Notes under the pieces: generated by a model
Databases searched by the model: none
Seen by the model: only the letters and a program-made list of their open reading frames with translations
Told to the model about the DNA's origin: nothing
Program-made: the position numbers and the translations under genes
Assembly: GCA_943788175.1 (NCBI GenBank)
Contig: CALSPG010000005.1
Location: 288,001 to 352,000 of the forward strand
Direction: 5' to 3'
Source: an uncultured bacterium
GTDB taxonomy: Bacteria; Fidelibacterota; Marinisomatia; Marinisomatales; UBA1611
DNA length: 64,000 bases
Part shown: positions 10,971-22,450 of the stretch, piece after piece
Numbering within the stretch: the stretch's first letter is position 1
Layout of the letters: each line of letters opens with the position of its first letter

Positions 10971-11081
10971 TTAATATTTAGCATTAATGGTTGATTAAAT
11001 AGATTCAATCAAAAATGTAGATCTTATTATAGATAATCTAAAAAAAAGTATTTTAAAATTAAAATCAAATAAGAGAGAGAA

Positions 11082-11849
11082 ATGATGAAACTATTTTCTT
11101 GGAATGTAAATGGTGTAAGGGCTGCTACAAAAAAGGGCCTGTTTCAATGGTTAGAATATGAAGCTCCTGATGTTTTGTGTATTCAAGAAACAAAAGCCCA
11201 TGTCGATCAATTAACTGCTGAAATATTAACGGATCATGGTTATCATGCATCATGGCACTCAGGTGAGAGGCGCGGTTATAGCGGAGTCGCGACTTTTAGT
11301 AAGAAAGAACCTCTTTTTGTGCAGGAAGGTCTTGGTATTGATAAATATGATGTCGAGGGCAGAGTTTTATTAACAGAGCATGAAGATTTTTTATTATATA
11401 ATATTTATTTTCCAAATGGTCAAAAAGATGAAACGCGGCTAAAGTATAAATTGGATTTTTATGATGATTTACTTCCGATAATAAATGAGCAAGTTGAATC
11501 TGGTAGTAATGTGATTGTTGCTGGTGATTGGAATACTGCTCACTATCCAATTGATTTAGCAAGGCCGAAAGAAAATATAAAAACTTCTGGTTTTATGCCA
11601 ATAGAGAGAGAAAAACTAGATGATTATGTGAATGATGGATGGACGGATACTTTCAGGCTTTTTAATAATGAGCCTGAGAAATATTCATGGTGGTCATACA
11701 GAATGGGTGCAAGAGCGAGAAATGTTGGTTGGCGCATCGATTATTTTTTTGTTAATTCTGACTTTTCAGATTTATGTAAAAATGCAGATATTCACCAAGA
11801 TGTTATGGGCTCAGACCATTGCCCTGTTTCGCTAGAGCTTGATCTATAA
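11082..11849 (+). CDS. xth: Exodeoxyribonuclease III / AP endonuclease
   Basis: SWNVNG, QETK, GYSGVA, YFPNG, GDWN.AH, GWRIDYF, SDHCP. Confidence 0.95.
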   Translation: MMKLFSWNVNGVRAATKKGLFQWLEYEAPDVLCIQETKAHVDQLTAEILTDHGYHASWHSGERRGYSGVATFSKKEPLFVQEGLGIDKYDVEGRVLLTEHEDFLLYNIYFPNGQKDETRLKYKLDFYDDLLPIINEQVESGSNVIVAGDWNTAHYPIDLARPKENIKTSGFMPIEREKLDDYVNDGWTDTFRLFNNEPEKYSWWSYRMGARARNVGWRIDYFFVNSDFSDLCKNADIHQDVMGSDHCPVSLELDL

Positions 11850-11896
11850 TTATTAATTAAACTATAAAATAACTCATTTCATTTAAATAAATCTTA

Positions 11897-13726
11897 ATGA
11901 ATAAATCGATTTATAAACGACTTTACAGCCTGGTTTCTGGATATTGGCCATTTTTAGTAATGTCCTCATTATCAGCATTTATTTATGTTGCATTCAATGG
12001 ACTATCTGTGTGGCTAACAGCTACTTTATTTAATAATATTTTAACTGATTTTGATGAGTTGCTCAAGAGTCAAATTTTATTATCTGAATCAAAAGACAGT
12101 TTAAATGGACAGTTAAAATTCTGGACAAATGAATTAATTCTTAGAGATACCGCGATTGAATCTCTTCGTGTTTTGTGTTACACATTAATTGGTTCATTTT
12201 TGATTAAAAACTTTTTTCTTTATATAAAGAATATCGCTCTTACATATATTCAGTTTAACCTTATCAAAAAGTTACGAGCTCAATTATATGCTCATTTACA
12301 ATCCATGTCATTATCTTTTTTTGATAAAAGGCAAACGGGCGAGCTTTCATCTATTGTTATTAACGATGTCTCAAATATGCGAGTAGCATTTGGGACTAGT
12401 TTCCATAAACTGTTCGTTGAGCCGATTAATATTATTGTTTTTATAGCGTTGCTATTTATAATCAATGTTAAACTAGCATTGTTATCAATTGTTATCGTTC
12501 CTCTAACAGGCGTAGTGGTAGTAATAATAGGTAAGAGTATCCGAAGGCGATCAAAAAGAACCGCTGAAAAAATTGCAAGAATAATGGGTATAATGAGTGA
12601 AAATCTTAATTCAATTAGAATCGTAAAGTCTTTCGCTATGGAAGCCTTTGAAACTAATCGATTTGAGAAAGAACAAGACCGGCATTATGCTCTAGATTTG
12701 AGGCAAGCGAAACTCCGTCTAATTTCATCTCCTATTACCGAAATGATTGGCGCTTTCATTGCTGTTATTCTTCTTTGGATTGGTGGTCATGATGTCCTGG
12801 TATCTAATGATATGAGTTCAGAAGACTTTATTCGATTTATTTTAATCCTTTTTAGCGTATTGCAGCCTATACGCTCTCTGAGTAATGTGAGTATTAATTT
12901 ACAAAAGGGCTTCGCTTCAGCTGATAGAGTATTTGATGTGTTAGATACGCAACCTTCAATAGTATCAAAACCCAATGCAATGAAAATCGATGATGTGAAT
13001 GAACAGATTACGTTTAAAAACGTTGGTTTTAATTATGAAGGAACTAAAAATATTTTGGAAAATATTTCTTTTTCTTTGAAAAAAGGAACAGTTACTGCTT
13101 TAGTTGGTGCTAGTGGAGCAGGTAAATCAACTATCGCTGATTTGATACCAAGGTTTTACGACGTTGTTGATGGTAAAATAGAAATTGATGGAATTGATAT
13201 CAAAAATCTGGATATTAATGCTCTGCGAAAAATGATGGGTATTGTTTCTCAGGAGACAATACTTTTTAATGATACCATTGGTGGAAATATTAAATACGGC
13301 CTCCGGAATGTAAATGACCAGCAATTAAAAAATGCTGCTAAAAATGCAAATGCCTTAGATTTTATTTTAGAGCAACCTAATGGTTTTGAAACGATGATAG
13401 GTGAAAAAGGTGTCAGGCTTTCTGGTGGTCAAAGGCAACGAATTGCTATTGCTAGAGCTATTTTAAAAAATCCTTCTATACTCATTTTAGATGAAGCTAC
13501 ATCCTCTTTAGATACTGAGTCTGAATATTTAGTTCAAAAAGCTATAGATAATCTTCTGGTTGATAGAACGGTATTGGTCATTGCTCATAGGCTTACTACT
13601 GTAGAGAATGCCGATACTATTATTGTGATGAAAGATGGCCAAATAGTAGATCTTGGTTCTCATGACGACTTGCTTAAAAAAGATGGATTGTACACCCGAT
13701 TATATAAAAAACAGTTCAAAAAATAA
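11897..13726 (+). CDS. ABC exporter, fused permease/ATPase, MsbA-like
   Basis: TM domain plus GASGAGKST, LSGGQRQR, LDEATS; adjacent to LPS genes. Confidence 0.88.
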   Translation: MNKSIYKRLYSLVSGYWPFLVMSSLSAFIYVAFNGLSVWLTATLFNNILTDFDELLKSQILLSESKDSLNGQLKFWTNELILRDTAIESLRVLCYTLIGSFLIKNFFLYIKNIALTYIQFNLIKKLRAQLYAHLQSMSLSFFDKRQTGELSSIVINDVSNMRVAFGTSFHKLFVEPINIIVFIALLFIINVKLALLSIVIVPLTGVVVVIIGKSIRRRSKRTAEKIARIMGIMSENLNSIRIVKSFAMEAFETNRFEKEQDRHYALDLRQAKLRLISSPITEMIGAFIAVILLWIGGHDVLVSNDMSSEDFIRFILILFSVLQPIRSLSNVSINLQKGFASADRVFDVLDTQPSIVSKPNAMKIDDVNEQITFKNVGFNYEGTKNILENISFSLKKGTVTALVGASGAGKSTIADLIPRFYDVVDGKIEIDGIDIKNLDINALRKMMGIVSQETILFNDTIGGNIKYGLRNVNDQQLKNAAKNANALDFILEQPNGFETMIGEKGVRLSGGQRQRIAIARAILKNPSILILDEATSSLDTESEYLVQKAIDNLLVDRTVLVIAHRLTTVENADTIIVMKDGQIVDLGSHDDLLKKDGLYTRLYKKQFKK

Positions 13727-13732
13727 TATTAA

Positions 13733-14857
13733 ATGAAGCCTCAAATTTCCATTTTGTTTGATGCTTATCATTTATATCATCTTGCCCAATTTGAGCCTTT
13801 AATGACTCTATTAGAAAAAGATGATAGGTTCGATGTTTATTATTCTACTTCAAGTGAAAACAGGAAAGATGAAATTGAACTATGCTCGTCTATTTTATTA
13901 AAGAGGAAAGGCCAGTTTGTTTTTCATAAAGATGAAAATATTCGGTGTGAGAAAATAAAAGATATTGGGCTCGATGTTTTTATTTGTGGTTGGTCTAGAT
14001 ATGATATTCATAATTATGTTAATGATAATACTCTTGTTGCAATGATCTACCATGGAATAGGTGTAAAACCTTCTTATTGGAATGATAATCATTCGAGGCT
14101 AGACCTTAGGTTTGTTGAAGGTGAATACAGGATAAATCAACTGAGAGAAAATGGGGTTAGTACAGATCTTTCATTGACAGGATATATAAAACTTGATCCA
14201 TTATTCAACAATGAAGCTTCTTCTTTTGAAGATAAAAAAAAAATGCTTGGTTTAAATAAATCTAGACCAACTATTTTATATGCTCCCACTTTTTACCCTA
14301 GCTCATTAGAAAAATTGGGAATGCAATTGGGTCATCTCACTAAAGAATATAATTTAATTATTAAACCACACATGTGGACCTATTATCTTGATAGCTTTGG
14401 AGGGGTAAATCTTAAAGGGCAAAGAAAATTAATTTATAATTTATCGGAAAAATTTGATCATGTAAAATTGTTGAGCCCGGATGAACATAATATTATACCC
14501 TATTATTCAATTTCAGATCTTTTATTAACCGAAGCGAGCAGTACCATATATGAGATGATTGCATTATCCAAACCAGTAGTAGTAAATAGGTTTTATCATT
14601 TAAAATTATCACACAGAATTTTTCAAAAAAGATTATATAAGCGAAGATTAAATCAAGAAATGAATGATGAAGTCAAAAACTTTTGCTTCTTGGCTGATAA
14701 TATCAAGCAATTGCCGTTTGTCTTAGATGAGGCCATAAAGCATAAGCATAAAGATATTGTTTCAATGCGAGAATATCAGAAAAAGATGCTATATAAGCTT
14801 GACGGTCAAGCCTCTAATAGGGCGAGAGATGAAATATTAAGAAGGTTAAAAAATTAA
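13733..14857 (+). CDS. CDP-glycerol glycerophosphotransferase family protein
   Basis: YHGIG.K, GYIKLD, ILYAPTFYP, KPH, SDLLLTEASS, DGQAS.R. Confidence 0.78.
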   Translation: MKPQISILFDAYHLYHLAQFEPLMTLLEKDDRFDVYYSTSSENRKDEIELCSSILLKRKGQFVFHKDENIRCEKIKDIGLDVFICGWSRYDIHNYVNDNTLVAMIYHGIGVKPSYWNDNHSRLDLRFVEGEYRINQLRENGVSTDLSLTGYIKLDPLFNNEASSFEDKKKMLGLNKSRPTILYAPTFYPSSLEKLGMQLGHLTKEYNLIIKPHMWTYYLDSFGGVNLKGQRKLIYNLSEKFDHVKLLSPDEHNIIPYYSISDLLLTEASSTIYEMIALSKPVVVNRFYHLKLSHRIFQKRLYKRRLNQEMNDEVKNFCFLADNIKQLPFVLDEAIKHKHKDIVSMREYQKKMLYKLDGQASNRARDEILRRLKN

Positions 14858-14862
14858 TATTT

Positions 14863-15948
14863 ATGATAAAAATACTCTTCGAAACACATCACCTTTATTA
14901 TTTACCAAACTTTGAACCAATTATTAATGAATTAAAAAAGAGAGGTAATTATGATGTCAATATATCTATGCCTCAATATATTAATGAAAGTGAAAAGGTC
15001 TTATTCCAATCCGCATGTAAGCTGTTGAAATTAAATATTATTTCTAGTCAAGATGAAGAATCAAGAATCGAGAAAATCATTTCCTCTAAATTTGATGTTA
15101 TTATTGTGGGTAACGTAGGTCAATTAAATAAGATAGTTTCAGAATCAACAATTGCTGTTATGGTCTACCACGGTATTGGCCTTAAACAATCTTACTACAA
15201 AGATATTGACGATAGGATTAATATTAGAGCTGTTGAGTCAAAGTCCAGACTAAATAAACTAATTGAGCAAGGACAAAAAAATCTTGCTCTTACTGGCTTT
15301 ACCAAGTTAGATCCGCTTTATTTATCAAGTGAAAAAGAAGACCATCATCTAAAAAGTGAACTTGGTATAAATAATGATTTTCCAATTATTCTTTATGCCC
15401 CGACATTCTATCCGACATCATTCGAAAATATATATCAAGAATTAGAGTTTATATCTTCTGAATATAATATATTGATTAAACTTCATAATTTTTCGTGGTT
15501 CCAGAGCCGTTATTCTTATCAGAGTAATCTTGCAACTAAAATAGCATTAAAAAATGAAAATATACATTTACTACCCAGCAATGTCTTTAACATTATTCCA
15601 TATTATAAAATTTCAGATGTTTTAATAAGTGATATATCGTCCACAATATTCGAGTTCTTGCCTTTAAATAGACCAATAATTCAGGTTGAATGTTTAAAGC
15701 TCCGATTCAGGCACAGAATTTTTAATAAAAGGTTTAAAAGAAAGTTGGATCTTAACAGGATGCAAGAGTTAGATTTTGTCTACAAAGTAGAATCGCCTTC
15801 AGAACTTCATAGATGTATTGTTTTTTCTTCAGATCATCCTGAAGAGATGTCAAAGTTAAGAGAAGAGGCTCATGATTATTACCTACTTAATAATAATGGA
15901 AAGTCATCAATAATGCTAATTGAAGAAATAGAAAAATCCTTGGCATAA
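14863..15948 (+). CDS. CDP-glycerol glycerophosphotransferase family protein (tandem paralog)
   Basis: YHGIGLK, GFTKLD, ILYAPTFYP, SDVLISDISS; clearly paralogous to the upstream ORF. Confidence 0.78.
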   Translation: MIKILFETHHLYYLPNFEPIINELKKRGNYDVNISMPQYINESEKVLFQSACKLLKLNIISSQDEESRIEKIISSKFDVIIVGNVGQLNKIVSESTIAVMVYHGIGLKQSYYKDIDDRINIRAVESKSRLNKLIEQGQKNLALTGFTKLDPLYLSSEKEDHHLKSELGINNDFPIILYAPTFYPTSFENIYQELEFISSEYNILIKLHNFSWFQSRYSYQSNLATKIALKNENIHLLPSNVFNIIPYYKISDVLISDISSTIFEFLPLNRPIIQVECLKLRFRHRIFNKRFKRKLDLNRMQELDFVYKVESPSELHRCIVFSSDHPEEMSKLREEAHDYYLLNNNGKSSIMLIEEIEKSLA

Positions 15949-15949
15949 A

Positions 15950-16909
15950 ATGAAAATTGCAGTCTATAGTCCGAATTGGGTTGGCGATGCGGCCTTATCT
16001 CTTCCTTTTGTTTACCATATTAAACAAAAATATCCAAACTCTGAATTGATTATTATTTGTAAAGAATGGGTGCAGTCTGTTTATCAAAATAACCCAAATA
16101 TTGATAAAATCATTAGTATTGCGGTTACTGAATCTCGTGGAATAACTAATACATTTCGGTTAGGTTTTTTGTTGCGTAAAGAAAAAATTGAAATTTTTTA
16201 TACCCTCACAGATTCATTTAGAAGTTCTTTTGTGCTTTGGCTGTCAAAATCAAAAAAGCGGATTGGATATAACTCTCAAGGACGAGGGTTTTTTTTGACT
16301 TCAAAAGTAAAATTACCTTTAAAAAAAATCCATCGATATAAAAAATATTTAAAACTAATTGAAAAAGATGATATACCAATTGAACAGACTCTAATTTATT
16401 TTAAGAAAGAAGAAGTTGAATGGGCCAAACATGAAATCGAGGAAATTGGAATTAAAAATCCGGTTGGCCTTTTCCCATTCAGTGTTTCTGAAACAAGGAC
16501 GTTTCCAAATGAAAAAATTTCTGAATGGTTAAATGGTTCAAAAGAGAATTTTTTAATATTTGGAGCAAAAAATGATGGACAAAAAGCTAATGTAATAATA
16601 AATGAAAATAAAAATATTTCTATAGTGTCACTTTGTGGTAAGTACAGCTTAAGGCAAAGTATGGCTTTGATTTCTCTATGTAAATATGCTTTAGCCGCTG
16701 ATAGTGGTTTGGGACATATTTCATCAATAATAAAAGTCCCGACGATATCTTTTTTTGGCGCGAATAGAGCTTTTGTAACCAAGCCTCTTGGTAAGAGTTG
16801 TGTAGTCATAGATCAAAGTAATCGATGCAGTCCATGTAAAAAAAATATTTGTTGTCTTAAATCAATCCATAAGGATGATGTAAATTCGAGCATTAATTCG
16901 TTGATATAA
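15950..16909 (+). CDS. waaF: Lipopolysaccharide heptosyltransferase II-like (GT9)
   Basis: PNWVGD, SFRS, DSGLGH..., PTIS.FG. Confidence 0.75.
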   Translation: MKIAVYSPNWVGDAALSLPFVYHIKQKYPNSELIIICKEWVQSVYQNNPNIDKIISIAVTESRGITNTFRLGFLLRKEKIEIFYTLTDSFRSSFVLWLSKSKKRIGYNSQGRGFFLTSKVKLPLKKIHRYKKYLKLIEKDDIPIEQTLIYFKKEEVEWAKHEIEEIGIKNPVGLFPFSVSETRTFPNEKISEWLNGSKENFLIFGAKNDGQKANVIINENKNISIVSLCGKYSLRQSMALISLCKYALAADSGLGHISSIIKVPTISFFGANRAFVTKPLGKSCVVIDQSNRCSPCKKNICCLKSIHKDDVNSSINSLI

Positions 16910-16929
16910 GACTTATAATTTGAGGTGAT

Positions 16930-17640
16930 ATGAAAGCATTTATTTTAGCAGCAGGTGTATCCAGGAGACTTTATCCTGAAACGTATAATACTCCAAAATG
17001 TCTTTTAGATGTTGGAGGGAAGCCAATTATTAATTATCAATTAGAAGCGCTTGAAAATATTGGAATTCAAGATGTGACAATGATTATAGGATATCATCGT
17101 GAAATGTTAGTCAACCACGTAACAAAGCAATTTCCAAAACTGAAGTTTGATTTTATTGTAAACAATCATTATTTTGAAACAAACACTGCTTATTCAGTCT
17201 ACCTAGGTCGGAAAAAACTTGTTACTGATAATCATATTTTAATGAACGCCGATGTAATATACCCACCTGAACTCATAACGAGAATTAATGACTCTTCACA
17301 TGAAACAGTCCTTGCCGTGGACATTAAAAAATGCGGAAGAGAAGAAGTCAAAGTGATTGAAGGGAGTAACTTTAAAATAAGAGCCATAGGAAAAGAACTA
17401 ATTGAAGAACAATGTTTAGGTGAATTTCTTGGCGTGGCTAAATTCTCTTTAGCGTTTAATCATTTATTTTCTGAGTCATTGTCAAAATTAATAAATGCTG
17501 GAGGAAAGTCTGATTATTTTGAGGCTGGTATTGAATCTCTTTTAAGTAAAACGGATGTCTTTTATAGTGATGTGTCTGACCTACCATGCCTTGAAATTGA
17601 TTTTTTAGAGGATTTAAATGAAGCTCGTAAATTATTTTAA
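16930..17640 (+). CDS. Phosphocholine/sugar-phosphate cytidylyltransferase family (LicC-like)
   Basis: ILAAG.SRRL...PKCLL, TNTAYS, EEVKV, GEFLG, EIDF.EDL. Confidence 0.75.
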   Translation: MKAFILAAGVSRRLYPETYNTPKCLLDVGGKPIINYQLEALENIGIQDVTMIIGYHREMLVNHVTKQFPKLKFDFIVNNHYFETNTAYSVYLGRKKLVTDNHILMNADVIYPPELITRINDSSHETVLAVDIKKCGREEVKVIEGSNFKIRAIGKELIEEQCLGEFLGVAKFSLAFNHLFSESLSKLINAGGKSDYFEAGIESLLSKTDVFYSDVSDLPCLEIDFLEDLNEARKLF

Positions 17641-17661
17641 ACTAAATAATAGAACATAATA

Positions 17662-18912
17662 ATGGCAAAAGTTTTCCCATTCAAAGGTTGGCGATATAAT
17701 GAAGACAATATTAATCTTTTTGAAGATGTAATTGTCCCCCCATATGATGTAATCACTCGTGAAGAGCAAGAAGAGTATTATAATAAATCTCCTTATAACT
17801 ACATTCGCATTAATTTGAACAATACAATAGGTGAAGAAAAATACGTATCTGCTGAGAACACATTAAATATGTGGATTGGAAGTGGCATATTAGTTGAAGA
17901 ACGTAAGCCTGCAATTTATATTTTATCTCAATCTTTTTTAGTGGATAACGCTAGAGTTGAAAGGATTAGTTGTATATGCGCTTTAACGTTATCTGAGCTA
18001 GGGGATGATGTTCTTGCTCATGAACAAACAATCGATAAGCATTTAGATGACCGTTATAAGTTAATGAGTTCAACTTCTGCAAATACGGGACAAATATTTA
18101 TGAGTTATAAAGATCAAAAAATGACCTTAGAGGAGCTACATCAGAATTTGAAAAGTGACCCATCAATGGAAGCTGATCTTGATGGCGTCTATTATAAATT
18201 ATGGCCCATTACAGATACAGATTCTATAAATAAGTTTGTAGTTAGTTTAAGAGATAAAAAATTAGTTATTGCTGATGGTCATCATCGTTATAAAACTGCT
18301 TTAAAATATTCAAAAAATCATGAAGGTGCTCAATCTGATAAGGTCATGGTAACATTGGTTAACAGTGAAAACCCCGGAATGCAAATTTTACCTACCCATC
18401 GAATTGTAAAAAAATCTAATATTGATATTCAGGAAATTAAAAAAAAAGTAATTGAAAATTTTAATTATAAAGAATTTGATGGGGTTGAACAATTATTAAT
18501 AAGTATGGAAAAATTTAAAACAGATAAAGGATTTTTAGGTTTATTCCATAAGCCCTCAAACATAGGATTCTTGTTAGAGTTTAATGCCTGGGAATTACTT
18601 AAAAATAATAAGAAAGAGAAAAGTAGAGCTTTAGACGAATTGGATACAAATATTTTGCATCAATTTTTATTGAAAGATATCTTTGGAATAGATACAAATA
18701 ATCAAGAAGATTTAGAAAACTTGGCTTATTTAAGAGGGAACAATTCTCCAATAGAAATGTTAGCAAAAGAAGAATATGATGTCGTTTGCTTCGTTAATCC
18801 TCCTTCACTTGATGACGTTTTCACGATTGCAGAAAGCGGTGAGGTGATGCCTCAAAAGTCTACATATTTTTTCCCAAAAGTATATTCTGGTCTAGTGACT
18901 AGGAATTTTTAA
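17662..18912 (+). CDS. DUF1015 family protein
   Basis: PPYDVI, HEQT, IADGHHRY, MPQKSTYFFPK. Confidence 0.88.
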   Translation: MAKVFPFKGWRYNEDNINLFEDVIVPPYDVITREEQEEYYNKSPYNYIRINLNNTIGEEKYVSAENTLNMWIGSGILVEERKPAIYILSQSFLVDNARVERISCICALTLSELGDDVLAHEQTIDKHLDDRYKLMSSTSANTGQIFMSYKDQKMTLEELHQNLKSDPSMEADLDGVYYKLWPITDTDSINKFVVSLRDKKLVIADGHHRYKTALKYSKNHEGAQSDKVMVTLVNSENPGMQILPTHRIVKKSNIDIQEIKKKVIENFNYKEFDGVEQLLISMEKFKTDKGFLGLFHKPSNIGFLLEFNAWELLKNNKKEKSRALDELDTNILHQFLLKDIFGIDTNNQEDLENLAYLRGNNSPIEMLAKEEYDVVCFVNPPSLDDVFTIAESGEVMPQKSTYFFPKVYSGLVTRNF

Positions 18913-18931
18913 AAAACAGGAACACATAAAT

Positions 18932-20204
18932 ATGAATTTATTAAAAAAAGAGCTTGAAAAACTGATACCGGAGACTAAGCAAGATATTAAAACCTTAATA
19001 AAAAATAAGGGCGAAAGTCAAATAAGCACAGTTTCTGTTGCTCAAGCATATTCTGGGTTAAGAGGAATAAAAGCTTTTGTTTGTGATACCTCATCTGTTT
19101 CTGCAGATAAAGGGTTAATTATTCGTGGGTATCCACTTCTCGATATTGTCAATATTCTTCCAGAAGAAGTGTTTTATTTACTTTTAACTGGACGCCTTCC
19201 AAATTCAGAAGAGCTTTCAGATTTGCAAGGGCAGTATCTAATGCATTCTAAAGTTCCAAGCTACGTATGGTCTGTGCTTGAAAAATTACCTAAGGACACT
19301 CATCCAATGACAATGTTTAACCTTGGCATATTGGCGATGCAAAACGAAAGCATCTTTCAAAAAAAGTATGATGAAGGCATGCATAAAAATGAGTTTTGGG
19401 AGTACATCCTTGAAGATGGAATCCAATTGATAGCAAAACTTCCTGAATTAGGAGCAGGTATTTATAGGATGAGATTTAATAAAGGTGACAGAATTGAATC
19501 TAACAAAGATTTAGATTGGTCTGGCAACTTTGTTCATATGATGGGTATGTCTGATCAAGGAAAAGATTTCCAAAAATTAATGCAATTATATTTTATGTTA
19601 CATTGTGACCACGAAGGCGGAAATGTAAGCGCATTTGCTTCGCACACTGTCGCTTCAGCGCTGTCAGATCCTTTTTATTCTGTTTCTGCAGGATTGAATG
19701 GTTTAGCTGGGCCTTTACATGGCTTAGCAAATCAAGAGTGCCTTAAATTCGTTCTAGATATTCAAAAGCATTTTGATGGAGCTCCTACAAAAGAAGAGCT
19801 GAGAAGTTTTTGCTGGGACAGGCTCGAATCAGGTCAGGTCATTCCTGGATATGGGCACGCAGTTTTACGTTGCCCTGATCCTAGGTTTACTGCATTTATT
19901 AATTTTGGTAGAGAACATATTAAAGATGATGATGTTTTTCATATTGTAAATTCTTTATTTGATGTTGCTCCTAAGGTATTAACGGAACAAGGGAAAGCTA
20001 AGAACCCTTGGCCAAATGTTGATGCAGCATCGGGGGTCGCTGCTTTATCATTATGGTTTGAAGGAATTCAATTTTTATACGGTATTATTCAGCATCTCAA
20101 GAAGTATGGGGATGATAGCGCAAATGGTTTGGGAAAGAGCACTTGGGATTCCTATAACACGTCCAAAATCGGTTACGACAGATTGGATAAAAGAAAATTC
20201 CTAA
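18932..20204 (+). CDS. gltA: Citrate (Si)-synthase, eukaryote-like type; one frameshift at G-run 20032-20036
   Basis: [35 protein letters not shown]; true C-terminus ([10 protein letters not shown]...RPKS) lies in ORF 20016..20204. Confidence 0.92.
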
Positions 20205-22450
20205 TTCACTTTTTTAAAAAAGGTTTAGTCCTTTTTTTTGTCAACATAAGTTTATTTGCATCAGATAATACTTTCTCCTCGATAAGAGTATGGTATCCAA
20301 GCTCAGAAACTATTAGTGCTATTCAACAAGCTGGTGTTGCTCTAGACCATAGTAGTTCTAGGTCTGATGTGTACATAGATTTTGTAGCATCGAATTATGA
20401 AAAAAAGATTTTATCGAAGATTGGAATTTCATTTGAAATTTTAATTGATGATTTATCAGCATTTTATAAAGAAAGAAGTATTCCCGCAATGAGTAGAAAT
20501 TTTCCTTTAGGTTCTATGCAAGGCAACTATACATGGGATGAATTAAACCAAAGGTTCGATGAGTTAAAAAGTTTATATCCCGAAATTATTTCTGATAAAG
20601 TTGTTTTAGGACAGTCAATTGAGGGGAATGATATATGGGCATTTAAATTGTCAGATAATGCTAATGTTGATGAAGACGAGCCTGAGATTCTTTACACTGG
20701 TCTCACTCATTCTAGAGAACCATTAAGCATGATGAATTTATTTTATTTTGTTCAAAATTTGTGCGAAGGTTATCAATCAAACTCTAGCCTTGAAGCTAAT
20801 TATTTAATTAATGAAAGAGAAATGTGGTTTATCCCTGTAATCAACCCCGATGGTTATATATACAATGAGCAAATTGAGCCTGATGGTGGGGGTATGCATA
20901 GAAAAAATAGAAAAGACACAGGTTGCGGACAGGGCACCCAAAGAGGTGTAGACTTAAATAGAAATTTTAGTTTTGGATGGGGGATAAACGACACAGGTTC
21001 TAGTCCTGACCCTTGCTATGCAACATACAGAGGCGAAGGTGGTTTTTCGGAACCTGAAACTCAAGTTGTTCGAGACTTTATTAATACTAGAGAATTTGTG
21101 AATGTTTTACATTATCATAGTTATGGTAATATGTATATCCATCCTTTCGGAGATGGGTCTTATCCTGATAGTCTAAGCCTCTTGACTTTTCGTGGTTTGG
21201 CTAATGAAATGTCTGATTATAATAATTTTATATTTGGAACAGGTTACGAAACTGTTGGCTACACTGTAAATGGAGATGCTGTTGATTGGGCATACGGAGT
21301 TAAAAATATAATAGCTTATACTCCAGAAGTTGGATTAGCTAGTCAAGGGTTTTGGCCATCTGCTGATGAGGTTGAGTCAATATGTATAAATCAGTTTGAG
21401 CCTAATAAAGTTTTTGCTTTTGTTGCGGGGAGTGATTTTATTCTAGATGAATTTTCTCTTTCGAATGAATTCCAGGCTGGCATTGACAATGAACTTTTAT
21501 TAAATATTAAAAATAGGGGACTCGTTAATTCCTCAGGTCCGGTAGTTGTCTTAATTGAATCATTGACAAATTTAATTGTCATAGATGATTCATTAAAAGA
21601 GATCAGCAGCTTAAGCAGTTGGGAAAATCAAACTTTGGGTTTTGATTTAAGCGTACAAGAACAAATACCCTATTTTTCTGAAGCATCAATTCGACTTGTA
21701 ATTTATGATTCAGAAAGTTATCAATATGAAGATACAATTAACTTTTTTATAGGAACGCCAATATCTATTTACGAAGAAAGTTTTGATTTAGGTTTGGGAG
21801 AATGGGTAGTTGATGGAGACTGGGGTCTAACCGATGAACCTGCAATAGGTTCATACGCATTAACAGATAGTCCGAATGGTGATTATGGCGCGGAACTGAC
21901 TTCAGTTGCGAGGTTAAATGTGGATCTTAATCTAGATTTTATAGCAAACCCTTATGTATCTTTCTCAGCACAATGGGATATTGAAGATGGTTATGATTTC
22001 ATTCGCTTTCAAGCATATTCGGAAGACACTGGATGGATAAGTATGCAAGGTGCATATACAAACACAGGTAATGGAGCATCTGCTCAGCCAATAGGAGAGT
22101 TTGGATATGATGGTATTCAAAGCAATTGGGTAGAAGAGAAGTTCTACCTTGCTCAATTAGGTGGCATTAAACCATCGGCTTTTAGATTTATTCAAAATTC
22201 AGATCAATTTGTTGAAGGCGATGGTTTTGTGGTGGATGCATTTTCAATTAATGGTTATTCAATAGGTAAGCTAGGTGATTATTTCCCTGATGGCGATGTT
22301 AATATATTTGATATTGTGGGTTTGGCTGACCTTATATCTTATGGCACAGAGCCGAGTGAATACACTTTAAGTTTTTGCGACATAGATAGCAATGGGGAAA
22401 TAAATATTTATGATTTGCTTACAATTATTAATTTGGTTTCAAATCAATAA
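20183..22450 (+). CDS. Secreted M14 zinc carboxypeptidase (carboxypeptidase T-like) with C-terminal beta domains and dockerin-like repeat
   Basis: [23 protein letters not shown] motifs; signal-like segment after putative TTG 20183; C-terminal DxxxDGxVNIxD duplicated. Confidence 0.82.
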   Translation: MDKRKFLIHFFKKGLVLFFVNISLFASDNTFSSIRVWYPSSETISAIQQAGVALDHSSSRSDVYIDFVASNYEKKILSKIGISFEILIDDLSAFYKERSIPAMSRNFPLGSMQGNYTWDELNQRFDELKSLYPEIISDKVVLGQSIEGNDIWAFKLSDNANVDEDEPEILYTGLTHSREPLSMMNLFYFVQNLCEGYQSNSSLEANYLINEREMWFIPVINPDGYIYNEQIEPDGGGMHRKNRKDTGCGQGTQRGVDLNRNFSFGWGINDTGSSPDPCYATYRGEGGFSEPETQVVRDFINTREFVNVLHYHSYGNMYIHPFGDGSYPDSLSLLTFRGLANEMSDYNNFIFGTGYETVGYTVNGDAVDWAYGVKNIIAYTPEVGLASQGFWPSADEVESICINQFEPNKVFAFVAGSDFILDEFSLSNEFQAGIDNELLLNIKNRGLVNSSGPVVVLIESLTNLIVIDDSLKEISSLSSWENQTLGFDLSVQEQIPYFSEASIRLVIYDSESYQYEDTINFFIGTPISIYEESFDLGLGEWVVDGDWGLTDEPAIGSYALTDSPNGDYGAELTSVARLNVDLNLDFIANPYVSFSAQWDIEDGYDFIRFQAYSEDTGWISMQGAYTNTGNGASAQPIGEFGYDGIQSNWVEEKFYLAQLGGIKPSAFRFIQNSDQFVEGDGFVVDAFSINGYSIGKLGDYFPDGDVNIFDIVGLADLISYGTEPSEYTLSFCDIDSNGEINIYDLLTIINLVSNQ

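Noticed and set aside
18932-22450. Apparent 1172-aa citrate synthase-carboxypeptidase fusion
   Set aside because: An extra G in the run at 20032-20036 shifts the frame; the normal citrate synthase C-terminus is in ORF 20016..20204 and the peptidase has its own signal-like start
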